A stretch of DNA of 64,000 bases from Tolypothrix carrinoi HA7290-LM1 (GTDB lineage: Bacteria > Cyanobacteriota > Cyanobacteriia > Cyanobacteriales > Nostocaceae). Within the stretch, counting starts at the first letter, position 1, and each line of letters starts with the position of its first letter. Both the position numbers and the translations under genes were made by a program. Shown here piece after piece: positions 1 through 11,200 of the stretch. The notes under the pieces are model-generated. The model had not been told where the DNA came from, did not search any database, and worked only from the letters and a program-made list of their open reading frames with translations. The stretch covers positions 8,734 to 72,733 of the forward strand of contig JAHHIK010000029.1 in the NCBI GenBank assembly GCA_019358935.1, read 5' to 3'.

Positions 1-2558
1 TATCCTCTTGCCAATCCATCACCACCAATATAAAGTTCACTGACAACTCCTACAGGTGTTGGTTGTAAATTGCGATTCAAAACATAAATCTGAGTATTAT
101 CGATAGGACGACCGATGGGGATACTGCTTGCTTGCTCTGGCAATAAACTCGTGTCGTAGTAAGTGGCGTTGGCGGAAACTTCCGATGAGCCGTAAAGGTT
201 GATTAGTTTTGCAAATGGTATCAATTCTCGGAAAGTTTGAACTAACTTAACAGAAAGTGCTTCTCCGCTAGTTATCCAGAGTTTTAGCTGTGATAATTTC
301 TTGGTCAGATGACTGTAATTATCAAGAAGTAAGCGCAGTAATGAGGGTACAAGTATGATACGAGTAACTTTGTGATGCGCTAGAGTTTCTATAAATAATT
401 GCGGGTCTAGTATAGTTGCATTGCTGATAATTACTGTAGGAATTCCTTGAAGTAAAGGAGCAAAAATTTCCCAGACAGAATCTACAAAGCTAATAGCTGT
501 TTTCTGACAACAAACTTCTCCTTGGGTAAAAGGATAGGTTTTCCATAACCAGTGTAAGCCGTTGACTGTACCGCGATGAGTGCCAAGAACACCTTTAGGA
601 GTTCCGGTTGAGCCAGAAGTGTAGATAATATAGGCGAGATTATCAGATGAAGAGGTGCTAATGGGGTTTTCTGGACTTTCTTGAGCGATTTCGTCTTTGT
701 GGATATCCAAGCAAACAGTTTTAGCAGAGGATAATGACAGTTTTTCTAATATCTCTTGTTGGGTAATTAACACTGATGCTTGGGAATCAGAGAGCATAAA
801 ATTCAGACGCTCCACTGGATAACTTGGGTCAAGGGGAATGTAGGCTCCGCCAGCTTTGAGGACACCTAAAATTCCCACCACCATATCTATGGAGCGTTCC
901 AAACATATAGCAACCAGGGTTTCTTTTGTTATACCCTGTTTTTGTAAATAATGTGCAAGCTGATTAACTCTATGGTTAAGTTGACGATAAGTCAGTTCCT
1001 CAGACTGGCTAATTAATGCTAAAGAGTCAGGGGTTCGCTCGACTTGCTGCTCAAATAATTGATGCAGAGATACATCTTGAGGATAATCTGCACGAGTTTG
1101 ATTAAACTTAAATAATAGTTGCTCTCGCTCAGAAGTAGTTAGTAACGACAACTCACTAAGGCGCTGCTCTGGATTAGTAACGATATTTTCCAACAAAGTC
1201 TGGAAATTGTTTATAAATTGGGTAATCGTTGTTGAATCAAAAATATCCGTGTTGTACTCCAAATATCCTGTTAATCCCTCTTGAGATTCAGACATTGATA
1301 GGAAAATATCTAGTTGAGCGGTACCGCTATCAAATTCCAAAGTACGCAAAGTTAATCCAGACACTTCTTGCACAGATGTTGGAGTATTTTGCAGCACAAA
1401 CATGACTTCATAAAGTGGATTTCGACTTAAGTCACGTTCGGGGTGCAATTCTTCTACAAGCATCTCGAAAGGCAAATCTTGATGTGCATAAGCATCGAGA
1501 GTCACCTCACGTACTCGATGTAGAAGTTCGCGGAAACTGGGATTACCATTGAGGTTATTACGTAACACCAAAGTATTAACAAATAAACCCAGCATTCCTT
1601 CTAATTCTGCGCGGTTGCGGTTGGCAATCGGAGAACCAATCACAACATCTTCTTGGTCTGTGTAGTGGTATAATAGTATGTTAAATGCTGCCAGCAAACT
1701 CATAAATAGAGTGGCATCTTCTTGCTGGCTTAATTGTCCGAGTGCATCAGTCAGATTTTTTGAGAATGTAAAGTATTGCTTGGCACCAGCAAAACTTGTG
1801 ACGGTAGGTCGCGGACGGTCTGTGGGTAATTGTAGTACAGGTAACTCACCCTGAAGTTGTTGCTGCCAATAATTTAATTGGGTTGCGAGAAATTTACCTT
1901 GGATGCGATCGCGTTGCCAAATGGTAAAATCTGCATACTGAATGGGGAGTTCAGGCAAGGGAGAGGGCTGATTTGTAGAGAAAGCAGCGTACAGCGTTGA
2001 CAATTCCCGCAGGAACACATTACAAGACCATCCATCCGTGATAATATGGTGCATGGTCACAAGCAAAACGTGTTCTCCTTTACTCAAGCGCAGTAAAGTT
2101 GCTCTGACTAAAAGACATGAAGCTAAATTAAAAGGTTTTTTTGCTTCCCGTGCTGAAAGTTCTTTGACTTCTGCTTCCCAATCTTTACCAGACAAATGCT
2201 CAAGATTAATCATGGGTAAATCCCAAGTTAATCCTGATGCAATATTTTGCACTGGCTCTCCATTGACAAGCGTAAAAGTTGTGCGCCAAACTTCGTGACG
2301 CTTGAGGATTTCATTCAGACTTTGCTGAATAGCTGTGATATTAAGTTGACCTTTGATATGAAAAGCGATGGGAATATTGTAGAATGAGCTTCCGTGGTAA
2401 AGCTGGTCAATAAACCACAGCCTTTGTTGAGAAAAAGATAAGGGAATATTCTGAGAAGATTGACGTTTGGGAATAATATCAGTTTGAAATTTACCTCCCT
2501 TCCATTTTTCTAAAAGGGCTTTTTTTGCAGGTGATAAATTAGAGTTTTTTCTATCCAT
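1..2558 (-). CDS. NRPS (C-A..., partial, runs off window); A domain predicted beta-alanine-activating
   Basis: Absent from ORF track; read by hand from ATG at 2558: MDRKNSNLSPAKKALLEKW...PLSFSQQRLWF, HHIITDG, YTSGSTGTPKG, SFVDSVWEIF, LWITSGE, NLYGSSEVSAN; specificity code about VDWIISLAN(K). Confidence 0.93.
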   Translation of the reverse strand, partial: MDRKNSNLSPAKKALLEKWKGGKFQTDIIPKRQSSQNIPLSFSQQRLWFIDQLYHGSSFYNIPIAFHIKGQLNITAIQQSLNEILKRHEVWRTTFTLVNGEPVQNIASGLTWDLPMINLEHLSGKDWEAEVKELSAREAKKPFNLASCLLVRATLLRLSKGEHVLLVTMHHIITDGWSCNVFLRELSTLYAAFSTNQPSPLPELPIQYADFTIWQRDRIQGKFLATQLNYWQQQLQGELPVLQLPTDRPRPTVTSFAGAKQYFTFSKNLTDALGQLSQQEDATLFMSLLAAFNILLYHYTDQEDVVIGSPIANRNRAELEGMLGLFVNTLVLRNNLNGNPSFRELLHRVREVTLDAYAHQDLPFEMLVEELHPERDLSRNPLYEVMFVLQNTPTSVQEVSGLTLRTLEFDSGTAQLDIFLSMSESQEGLTGYLEYNTDIFDSTTITQFINNFQTLLENIVTNPEQRLSELSLLTTSEREQLLFKFNQTRADYPQDVSLHQLFEQQVERTPDSLALISQSEELTYRQLNHRVNQLAHYLQKQGITKETLVAICLERSIDMVVGILGVLKAGGAYIPLDPSYPVERLNFMLSDSQASVLITQQEILEKLSLSSAKTVCLDIHKDEIAQESPENPISTSSSDNLAYIIYTSGSTGTPKGVLGTHRGTVNGLHWLWKTYPFTQGEVCCQKTAISFVDSVWEIFAPLLQGIPTVIISNATILDPQLFIETLAHHKVTRIILVPSLLRLLLDNYSHLTKKLSQLKLWITSGEALSVKLVQTFRELIPFAKLINLYGSSEVSANATYYDTSLLPEQASSIPIGRPIDNTQIYVLNRNLQPTPVGVVSELYIGGDGLARG
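1905..1912. repeat. HIP1 octamer GCGATCGC (representative of many copies)
   Basis: Recurrent through the window (e.g. 1905, 4752, 5016) despite low GC; cyanobacterial signature. Confidence 0.9.
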
Positions 2559-2714
2559 TGCTGATAAATTTAATTTACAAGCCAAATCATCAAATGAAAT
2601 CGATTTTATTCAATCTAAGACAGATTGAAAGTTTATTTCTGGAAAAGGGTTCTGTGAATCCATCTGTTGCATTTATTTTTCACATGGTATAACTCTGCAA
2701 TTATATTAATTATA

Positions 2715-3485
2715 TTATTGGGTGAGGGATGGTTTTCGACAAACAAAGCAAGCCATACCTGCACTATCGTCAGCTCCAAAATCTTTAAGATTATAGTGAC
2801 TAATGTCTGTAAAACCCACTTTCTCTAGAGCAGACTGCACTTCTGTTAAAAAGAAATCTTTTCTTAGCCAAGTAGTGTCTGCACGCTTCCAAATACTTTC
2901 TATCAATTCAAATCCGGTGACTTTTATTTCCCACATCCTTTCTTCCGGTTTATAGTGGAATATTTCAATCAAGGCACATTCGTCATTAACATTAACATGA
3001 TCGAAAAGTGGGGGAGCAATTTCATGTAACCAATCTGTTATGGGTATTGTGAACACGAATATTCCATTATCTCGCATTGCTGCGTAAACGTTTTGGAAAA
3101 CGGCTGTCAACTCTTCAATATTTAGGATAAAAAGTAAAACATCTTTTGAAAAAACACCATCAAAGCTTGGTGGTAACTTAAACTCACGTACATCACCAAG
3201 GATAAATTCACTCTCAGGTGCGTTTTTTCGGGCATACTCTAACAGTTCTTTAGAAGCATCAAGTCCAGTCGCTTGATATCCTCTGATATGAAGTTGTTGT
3301 ACGAACTGGGCGCTACCACAACCGAGATCGAGAATATCCGCTCCCTTAGGAAGATACTGTAACATTAATTGTTCTAAAGCAGGAATGACGAATTCAACTA
3401 TTTCTTGATGCGAAGTCTTAAGTTCGTTTTGCATTCGAGCAAACGGCTCATAATTTGGAAAAGGAGAATAAATTGCTAAAGACAT
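2715..3485 (-). CDS. Class I SAM-dependent methyltransferase (tailoring)
   Basis: ILDLGCGS motif I, GLDAS motif II, FDGV; 256 aa, inside the cluster. Confidence 0.9.
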   Translation of the reverse strand: MSLAIYSPFPNYEPFARMQNELKTSHQEIVEFVIPALEQLMLQYLPKGADILDLGCGSAQFVQQLHIRGYQATGLDASKELLEYARKNAPESEFILGDVREFKLPPSFDGVFSKDVLLFILNIEELTAVFQNVYAAMRDNGIFVFTIPITDWLHEIAPPLFDHVNVNDECALIEIFHYKPEERMWEIKVTGFELIESIWKRADTTWLRKDFFLTEVQSALEKVGFTDISHYNLKDFGADDSAGMACFVCRKPSLTQ

Positions 3486-3530
3486 CAGCTTGTTTTCCTG
3501 TTCTTAACTAAAGGTTTCAAATCAAAAATA

Positions 3531-6500
3531 TTATTCATTATTGTTCAAAAAAACTTCTACTTCTTCTTCAGATAATTCTTCAATCTTTTCTAACAGAAGT
3601 TTTTCAATCATTTCTGCTTGTAATCGTGGAATCATTCCTTGCGATAAAAGGTCACGTAGTGGTAAGTCTACGGGAAATCTTCCTCGCAATCGAGAAACTA
3701 ATTTAGTTGCAATGAGGGAGTCTCCTCCTAACTCATAGAAATTATCGTAAATACCAACTTCCGCAATTCCAAGTACTTCTTGCCATATTTCTGTAATTTG
3801 CTTTTCTAACTCATTTTTCGGAGCAATATAGGTATTACTAAGGTTAGGTCTGCAATAACGCGGTGATGAATCTAATTGATTTAAATATTTTGAATTTGCT
3901 AAAGAGTCGAGATTAAATGTATGGTTTTTTCTAGCATTAATATCTACTGTAGAAATAATAATCTGAGTTCTTTCCCTTAAATAAAATATTCGCTTAAATA
4001 CTTCTACAGCTTCTGTTGGGGTAATAGCTAATTCTGACCCAGATACTTGCTCAAGTATTGTTTCTTCTTGGTTTGCATTCAGTTGTAATTTATCCCAATT
4101 TATAGTATACCACGACAAAGAATTATTTTGATTATGTCGGTTAGTAAAAATATCAATCAATTGATTACCTGCTGAATATAAGCCTAATCCAAATCCTCCT
4201 AAAATGGAAGATAAAGAAGAAAAAATTATACAAAAATCTAAGTTGATATTCTGTAAAACTTCTTCTAATACTGTAATTTTACAAACTTGTGAATCCAATA
4301 ATTTTTGTAATTCTATTTTACAAATTTCTGGAATGGAACCAAATATATTTTCGCGCTTTATTCCGGCTGAATAAATGACCCCGTTAATTTGTCCAATATT
4401 TTCGTATGCAAGGCTTTGAGACATTTGCTCATAATTAGTTGTATCTGCACGCATTAGCAAAATTTTTGCACCTAATTTCTCTAATGCAAGCAATTGTTGA
4501 ATTTTGTAACTCACTTCATCATCTGGAGTATGAGTTTCAAGCCATTGTGAGAAATCATCTTTTTCTGGGAAAGCTAAATCCTCAATAAATATGAGTTGTG
4601 CTTGGAAAGTTTTTGTTAAATATTCTGCAAGCACAACTTCAATACTTTCTAAACCACCAGGAAACAGGTAAACACCCTGTTTTCTCAATGGTGTTTTTTC
4701 GTTAACAACTGACTGCAAGCAAACTGGCTCAAATGTTTGTATCCAACGGTAGCGATCGCGATAAGCAACTACCATGTCTGAGGATACAGAGGTTAACTCA
4801 TCCAAAAGTTTGTCAATAATATTACTCTCACAATCTTCTTGTCCTCTCTCTGCGTCTCTGTGGTTAGTTAAAGCAATATCAATACATCGACATGTAATAT
4901 TAGGATACTCTTGAGGAATGACTTTACATAAACCTAATATTGCTGCTTTTTCTGGGTCTAGTTTTTCATTCCCATTGACCTCTTGGATGTTGTTCGATAC
5001 AACCCAAAGTTGTAAGCGATCGCTAATTTTCAGCTTACTAAGGCTCTGCGTTAAAAATAGTAAACTGTTGAATTCTAAATAATTTTCTGCTTGACGATTT
5101 TCAACTTTAGAACTTACGCTCCATAAATAAGCAATGTGTTCGGGGTTTTGGCCTAATGATATTAATTTTTTAAGTAAGGTATCATAGTCTTCATTTTTGC
5201 ATGGATTAATTGTATAAATACCCACACTGAGTTTGCTAAACTGCTCTCCTTTTTGAACAGTAATGACATTTTTACCTTGATTTTTAAACGCATCAATTAG
5301 TTTTTTTCCTACTCCCAAATCATCCACAAAAAACAGCCATTTTTCTTCTGTAGATTTTATTTGGTCGGAGGATGAATGAGGCAGCAAAGAGCGCTTCCAT
5401 GAAAGAACATAAAACCAGTCAGCAATATCTTGTTTCTTATCTAATGTTGTTGGTCTTCTATTTACAGAAGGAGATGGAGATTTCGCATCAATCCAGTACC
5501 TTTGTCGTTCAAAGGGGTAAGTCGGCAAAGGTAGACGATGACGCTGCTCGTGGGTATAAAATCCCGACCAATCTATTTCTACACCATCAAGCCACAGCCG
5601 ACCTAATATTTGTAATAAAAAGCTAACATCCGATTGTTGCTCTTTAACATGGCGTAACGAAGTCAATACCTGTTGTTTGGTATTTTTATCTAAATGCTGT
5701 GTTGTTAATGTGCTTAAAGTTCGCCCTGGTCCTACCTCGAAAAAAATGCCTTTAAACTGCTGTATCAATTGGGATATACCATCTGAAAATCTCACAGTTT
5801 GTCGTAAATGTTGACTCCAGTAGTTAGGATTTGTAGCTTGTTCATCCGTAATCCAACTACCAGTTACATTAGAAATAAAGCGTATGCGTGGTGGATTCAG
5901 TTTGACTGTTTTCACCAATTGCACAAATTCCTCTAATATTGGTGACATCATGTGAGAATGGAAGGCATGAGACGTATGCAACAGCCGACATTCAATTTCT
6001 TGAGACGATAATTGTTTTTGTAATGTAGCGATCGCTTCGTTTGTTCCGGAAACTACACAAGAAGATGGGCTGTTAACAACTGCAATTTGTAGAGAATTTT
6101 TATACAACGTCTGTGCAGACAGTAGCAACTGCACATCTTTTTCTGGCAGCCTAATTGCCAGCATACCTCCTGTGGCTACTTGTTGCATCAGTTGTCCCCT
6201 TTTTGCCACAATGAATACGGCATCTTCGAGAGAAAATACACCTGCGATCGTCGCTGCGACATATTCCCCAATACTATGACCAATCATTGCTTCTGGACGT
6301 ATCCCCCATGACATCAATAACTGAGCCAAGGCGTACTCTGTAACAAATAATGCGCTTTGGGTGAAGGCTGTTTGTTGTAGTTGCTTTGAAGCAGTTTCGG
6401 TATCTTGTTCGCTGGGGTAAAGTAAGGAGCGGATATCAAGACCAAGGTGGGGTTGCAAAATCTGGGCGCAAGTATCTACGTGTTTTTTAAACGTCGGTTC

Positions 6501-8159
6501 TACTTCATATAGTTCCCGACCCATGTTTGCATACTGTGACCCTTGTCCGGAAAACATGAAAATGACTGGCTGTTCTCTATGCTCCTGGCATACAGTAAAA
6601 ATCCGTTCCTGCTCCTGTGTTTCCAAAACGCTTACAGCATCTTTAACACTTTGACACACCAACATTCGGCGATGGTTAAAAGCTCTACGACCCACTTTTA
6701 GAGTATGAGCGACATTGGCTAAATTTATATCTGGATGCTGTTTTAAATACGTAACCAAATTTGCAGTCGCAGTTTCAAGTGCTGAGCTGGTTTTAGCTGA
6801 TACTAATATCAATTGCCAAGGTCTAGAGTCATCACAATATTTAATCTCAGGGGCTTCTTCCAGAATCACATGGGCATTAGTTCCACCAAAACCTAAGGAA
6901 CTAACTCCTGCTAGACGGGGAGTATTATTAGCTTTCCACTCAGTAAGTTTAGTATTGACGTAGAAGGGACTATTTACAAAATCAATTTCAGGATTGGGAG
7001 CTTCAAAATTTAAGCTAGGAGGTATTTGTTTATATTTCAATGCTAAAACGGTTTTGATAAGACTCGCTACACCAGATGCTATATCTAGATGTCCGATGTT
7101 TGGTTTTACTGAACCTATAGCGCAGAAGCCATTTCTCTGTGTAAAAGCACGAAAAGCTTTAGTGAGCGCAGCAATTTCCACTGGATCTCCAGTAGCAGTT
7201 CCAGTTCCATGAGTTTCTATATAAGAAATATCATCAGCATTAATTCCAGCATTTGCCAGAGCCTCTACAACAACTTCAGCCTGACCATTTACACTAGGTG
7301 CTGTATAGCTAACTTTTAAGGAACCGTCATTATTGATTGCTGAACCTTTAATAACTGCATGAATATAATCTCTATCTGCAATAGCATCTTTTAATCTTTT
7401 TAAGACGACTATTCCAAGTCCACTGCCGAAAATAGTACCCTGTGCTTTAGCATCAAAGGCTCGACAATGACCATCAGGAGACAAAATTCCGTCTTCTTGA
7501 TAGAAGTAACCTGACTTTTGTGGAACTACAATCGTAACCCCACCTGCTAAAGCAATATCACACTCTTCATCTAGTAGACTTTTGCAGGCTAAATGTACAG
7601 CAACTAATGAAGTAGAACAGTAAGTTTGAATACCTACACTTGGCCCTTTTAAATTTAATTTATACGAAATATTTGTGGTCAAAAAATCTTTATTCAGAGT
7701 ATAGTTAGTATAAATATTTATTAAATTAACGTTTTCATATATATTGTGAAAAAAGTAACTATTTGTACTTATACCAGCGTAAACCCCAATCAAACCTTTA
7801 TAAGTTTCTGGATCATATCCAGCGTTTTCAAGAGATGACCAGGCACATTCCATGAAGAGGCGATTTTGGGGGTCCATTACTTCAGCTTCTCTAGGGCTGC
7901 AACCAAAGAACCTAGCATCAAAATACTCAATATCTTCTAGTACAGGTGCTGCTTTAACATAATTGGGATCCTTTAAAACTTCCTCTTCCAGATTTAAATC
8001 TACTAAGTCATGATTGGAGAAAAATGAAATAGACTCAACACCATTTTGAAGATTATGCCAAAAATCATCAAGATTTTTGGCACCAGGTAAATGACCGGAC
8101 ATTCCTACTATTGCTATATCTATATTTCCTGTTTGTTCTTGTTTTATTTGGGTAGTCAT
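3531..8159 (-). CDS. Type I PKS module KS-AT(malonyl)-KR(degenerate)-ACP
   Basis: KS TYCSTS/HGTGT/GHLD; AT GHSIG and HAFH; KR Rossmann motif altered to FPGGLESIE; ACP GGDSL. Confidence 0.95.
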   Translation of the reverse strand: MTTQIKQEQTGNIDIAIVGMSGHLPGAKNLDDFWHNLQNGVESISFFSNHDLVDLNLEEEVLKDPNYVKAAPVLEDIEYFDARFFGCSPREAEVMDPQNRLFMECAWSSLENAGYDPETYKGLIGVYAGISTNSYFFHNIYENVNLINIYTNYTLNKDFLTTNISYKLNLKGPSVGIQTYCSTSLVAVHLACKSLLDEECDIALAGGVTIVVPQKSGYFYQEDGILSPDGHCRAFDAKAQGTIFGSGLGIVVLKRLKDAIADRDYIHAVIKGSAINNDGSLKVSYTAPSVNGQAEVVVEALANAGINADDISYIETHGTGTATGDPVEIAALTKAFRAFTQRNGFCAIGSVKPNIGHLDIASGVASLIKTVLALKYKQIPPSLNFEAPNPEIDFVNSPFYVNTKLTEWKANNTPRLAGVSSLGFGGTNAHVILEEAPEIKYCDDSRPWQLILVSAKTSSALETATANLVTYLKQHPDINLANVAHTLKVGRRAFNHRRMLVCQSVKDAVSVLETQEQERIFTVCQEHREQPVIFMFSGQGSQYANMGRELYEVEPTFKKHVDTCAQILQPHLGLDIRSLLYPSEQDTETASKQLQQTAFTQSALFVTEYALAQLLMSWGIRPEAMIGHSIGEYVAATIAGVFSLEDAVFIVAKRGQLMQQVATGGMLAIRLPEKDVQLLLSAQTLYKNSLQIAVVNSPSSCVVSGTNEAIATLQKQLSSQEIECRLLHTSHAFHSHMMSPILEEFVQLVKTVKLNPPRIRFISNVTGSWITDEQATNPNYWSQHLRQTVRFSDGISQLIQQFKGIFFEVGPGRTLSTLTTQHLDKNTKQQVLTSLRHVKEQQSDVSFLLQILGRLWLDGVEIDWSGFYTHEQRHRLPLPTYPFERQRYWIDAKSPSPSVNRRPTTLDKKQDIADWFYVLSWKRSLLPHSSSDQIKSTEEKWLFFVDDLGVGKKLIDAFKNQGKNVITVQKGEQFSKLSVGIYTINPCKNEDYDTLLKKLISLGQNPEHIAYLWSVSSKVENRQAENYLEFNSLLFLTQSLSKLKISDRLQLWVVSNNIQEVNGNEKLDPEKAAILGLCKVIPQEYPNITCRCIDIALTNHRDAERGQEDCESNIIDKLLDELTSVSSDMVVAYRDRYRWIQTFEPVCLQSVVNEKTPLRKQGVYLFPGGLESIEVVLAEYLTKTFQAQLIFIEDLAFPEKDDFSQWLETHTPDDEVSYKIQQLLALEKLGAKILLMRADTTNYEQMSQSLAYENIGQINGVIYSAGIKRENIFGSIPEICKIELQKLLDSQVCKITVLEEVLQNINLDFCIIFSSLSSILGGFGLGLYSAGNQLIDIFTNRHNQNNSLSWYTINWDKLQLNANQEETILEQVSGSELAITPTEAVEVFKRIFYLRERTQIIISTVDINARKNHTFNLDSLANSKYLNQLDSSPRYCRPNLSNTYIAPKNELEKQITEIWQEVLGIAEVGIYDNFYELGGDSLIATKLVSRLRGRFPVDLPLRDLLSQGMIPRLQAEMIEKLLLEKIEELSEEEVEVFLNNNE
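5491..6569. repeat. Duplicated AT-domain coding block, copy 1 (pairs with 10192-11270)
   Basis: Near-identical nucleotide sequence at constant offset 4701 (e.g. atccagtacctttgtcgttcaaaggg and ccttgtcc.gaaaacatgaa) with a short divergent patch near 5915-5960. Confidence 0.9.
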
Positions 8160-8204
8160 AATTTCCCGAATCAGATAAATTAAATTAACTTAGGTTAAGA
8201 TGTT

Positions 8205-11200
8205 TTAGTTACTTTGCATTTTTATTTGCCTTCTTCTCTGCCCTCGGCTTAGTCTTTGTTCAAAAGCATTTTCCTGAGATTCTTCAGGAGTAAAAATCTT
8301 TGCCATAGAGCTGATATTCGGACATTCATAAAGTTTAGCAACAGAAATCTTTGAATTAAATCCCTTATTTAAGATTGCAATAACTTGAATCCCTATAAGA
8401 GAATCACCACCAACTTCAAAAAAATTATCATAGATTCCTATCAGTTCAATTCCAAGAACATCTTGCCAGATATTGGCAATCTTTTGCTCAATTTCATTTC
8501 GAGGAGCAACATAATCATTACTTAGTTCAGGTCGGGGATATTTGGAGTAGGATGGATTGACAGTCTCTAAAAATTCTAGGACTTGTGTCTCTTTGTAAGA
8601 ATTGTCCTTTTTGAGTGTATTTAAGAAGTCAGAGGTAGATACTACAACTTGAGGTATTGTATTTCCTAAAATGCGTAGAAAAGCATCTACACCTTCATTC
8701 GGCAATATACCTTGTTGAAGATTTTCTATTCGCAATTGTTGGAGTCGTTGGGGCAATTCTGTGTTCGCCGCCATTCCAATTTCTTGCCAAGTATCCCAGT
8801 TAATACTTGTAGTAAATCTGCCCTGTTTTGAAGCATTACAATGAGCAAAGGCATCAAGAAAAGCATTTGCTCCACAATAGTCTACCTGTCCAAATTCCCC
8901 TAAAATTGAGCTTTTTGATGATGCTAGAATCAAGAAATCTAACTGAATATCTTTGACAATTGCATTAATAACTATTGTCCCCTTGACTTTCGCAGCCAGA
9001 ATACTTTCTGCTTCTGCTTGAGTTTTTCCCTGAATTATACCGCCTCCAGAAACTCCAGCAGCATGGATGACACCATTAAGTTGACCAAATTGTTGTTGAG
9101 CTTGAGCAACAGCACTTTGCATTTGTTCTATGTTGCTCACATCAGCACTCATCATCAAAACTTCTGCACCTAAGTTTTCGAGTTCTTGAACTTTGCGAAT
9201 TTTGCAGCTAGTGCTATCAGTCTCATCATGAGTAGTGAGCCATTGTTCCCACTCATTTTTTTTTGGCAAAGCAGAACGTCCTATCAACACTAGTTTTGCT
9301 TGTACAGTTCGAGCTAAGTATTCTGCCAAAACAAGTCCGATACCTCCGAGTCCACCTGTAATTAAATAGACTCCTTTTTCTTTTAGTCGAGGCTTTTCTA
9401 TTTTAGCTTTATCGAAGCGCACAGGCTCAAAACTCTGTACCCAACGATTCAAACCTCGATAAGCAATTAGCTTTTCAGAATCAGAAACTGTCAGTTCTGC
9501 CAGTATTTTTTCTACAAGTGTTTCTTCTTGCCAACTGCCGTGTTCTGGAAGTATAACATCAATACTACGACAGTTTATATTTGAATATTCTTGAGATATA
9601 ACTTTAATTGGTCCAAGTAAAGTGGCTTTCTCCGGACAAAGCATTTCAGTTCCACTTACTGACTGTAGGTCATTAGAAATAACTGTGATTTCTACTTCAT
9701 CAGTAGTTTCTTGTCTTCCCAAAGCTTGGGCAATAAATAGGAGACTGTAAAATCCTGTTGTTTGAGCTTTGTCAACTTGTTCAATTTCTAATTCTTGGTC
9801 ACTACTAGGTGTGACACTCCATAAATGAACAATCGTTTTTGGCAACTTTTTTTGTTTTAAAAGCTCCTGCATAAGAAGATCATAATCATGATTTTTTTCT
9901 GGATTGATAGTATATTGAGACTCATTTAGTAGGGTAAAGTTTTCACCAACTTTTACAGTAATTATATCCTGGTTTTGTGTTTCTAATTGTTTAACCAACT
10001 TGCTACCCAAGCCACACTCATCGATAAACACCAAAGTGCAAGATTTTTGAGATGCTAATTCTTGATGTTCGAGTTGTACAGGAGGTAAAGAAGGTTTCCA
10101 AAAAGGGATATAAAACCAGTCGGCTATATCAGGTTTTTTACCCAGTGATATTGAAGTGTGACGATCGCCTTGTCCTTGCTTGTTAGGTTCAATCCAGTAC
10201 CTTTGTCGTTCAAAGGGATAAGTCGGCAAAGGTAGACGATGACGCTGCTCGTGGGTATAAAATCCCGACCAATCTATTTCTACACCATTAAGCCACAGCC
10301 GACCTAATATTTGTAATAAAAAGCTAACATCCGATTGTTGCTCTTTAACATGGCGTAACGAAGTCAATACCTGTTGTTTGGTATTTTTATCTAAATGCTG
10401 TGTCGTTAATGTGCTTAAAGTTCGCCCTGGTCCTACCTCCAAAAAAATGCCTTCAAACTGCCTTAACAGTTGCGATATTCCATTTGAAAATCTTACAGTT
10501 TCTCGTAAATGTTGACTCCAGTAATTAGGATTTGTGGCTTGTTCATCCGTAATCCAACTACCAGTTACATTAGAAATAAAGCGTATGCGTGGTGGATTCA
10601 GTTTGACTGTTTTGATAGCCTCAATAAATGCTGACAATATTGGTTCCATCATTTGGGAATGGAAGGCATGAGATGTATGCAACAGTTGACATTCAACTTG
10701 TTGAGAGGATAATTGATTTTTTAGTATAGCGATCGCTTCGTCTGTTCCAGAAACAACACAGGACGATGGGCTGTTAATAACTGCGATTTGTAGATATTTT
10801 TTATACAACGTTTGTGCAGACAGCAGCAACTGCACATCTTTTTCTGGAAGCCTAATTGCCAGCATACTTCCTGTGGGTACTTGTTGCATCAGTTGTCCCC
10901 TTTTTGCCACAATGAATACGGCATCTTCGAGAGAAAATACACCTGCGATCGTCGCTGCGACATATTCCCCAATACTATGACCAATCATTGCTTCTGGACG
11001 TATCCCCCATGACATCAATAACTGAGCCAAGGCGTACTCTGTAACAAATAATGCGCTTTGGGTGAGGGCTGTTTGTTGTAGTTGCTTTGAAACAGTTTCA
11101 GTATCTTGTTCGTTGGGATAAAGTAGGGAGCGGATATCAAGACCGAGGTGGGGTTGCAAAATCAGAGCGCAAGTATCTACGTGTTTTTTAAACGTCGGTT

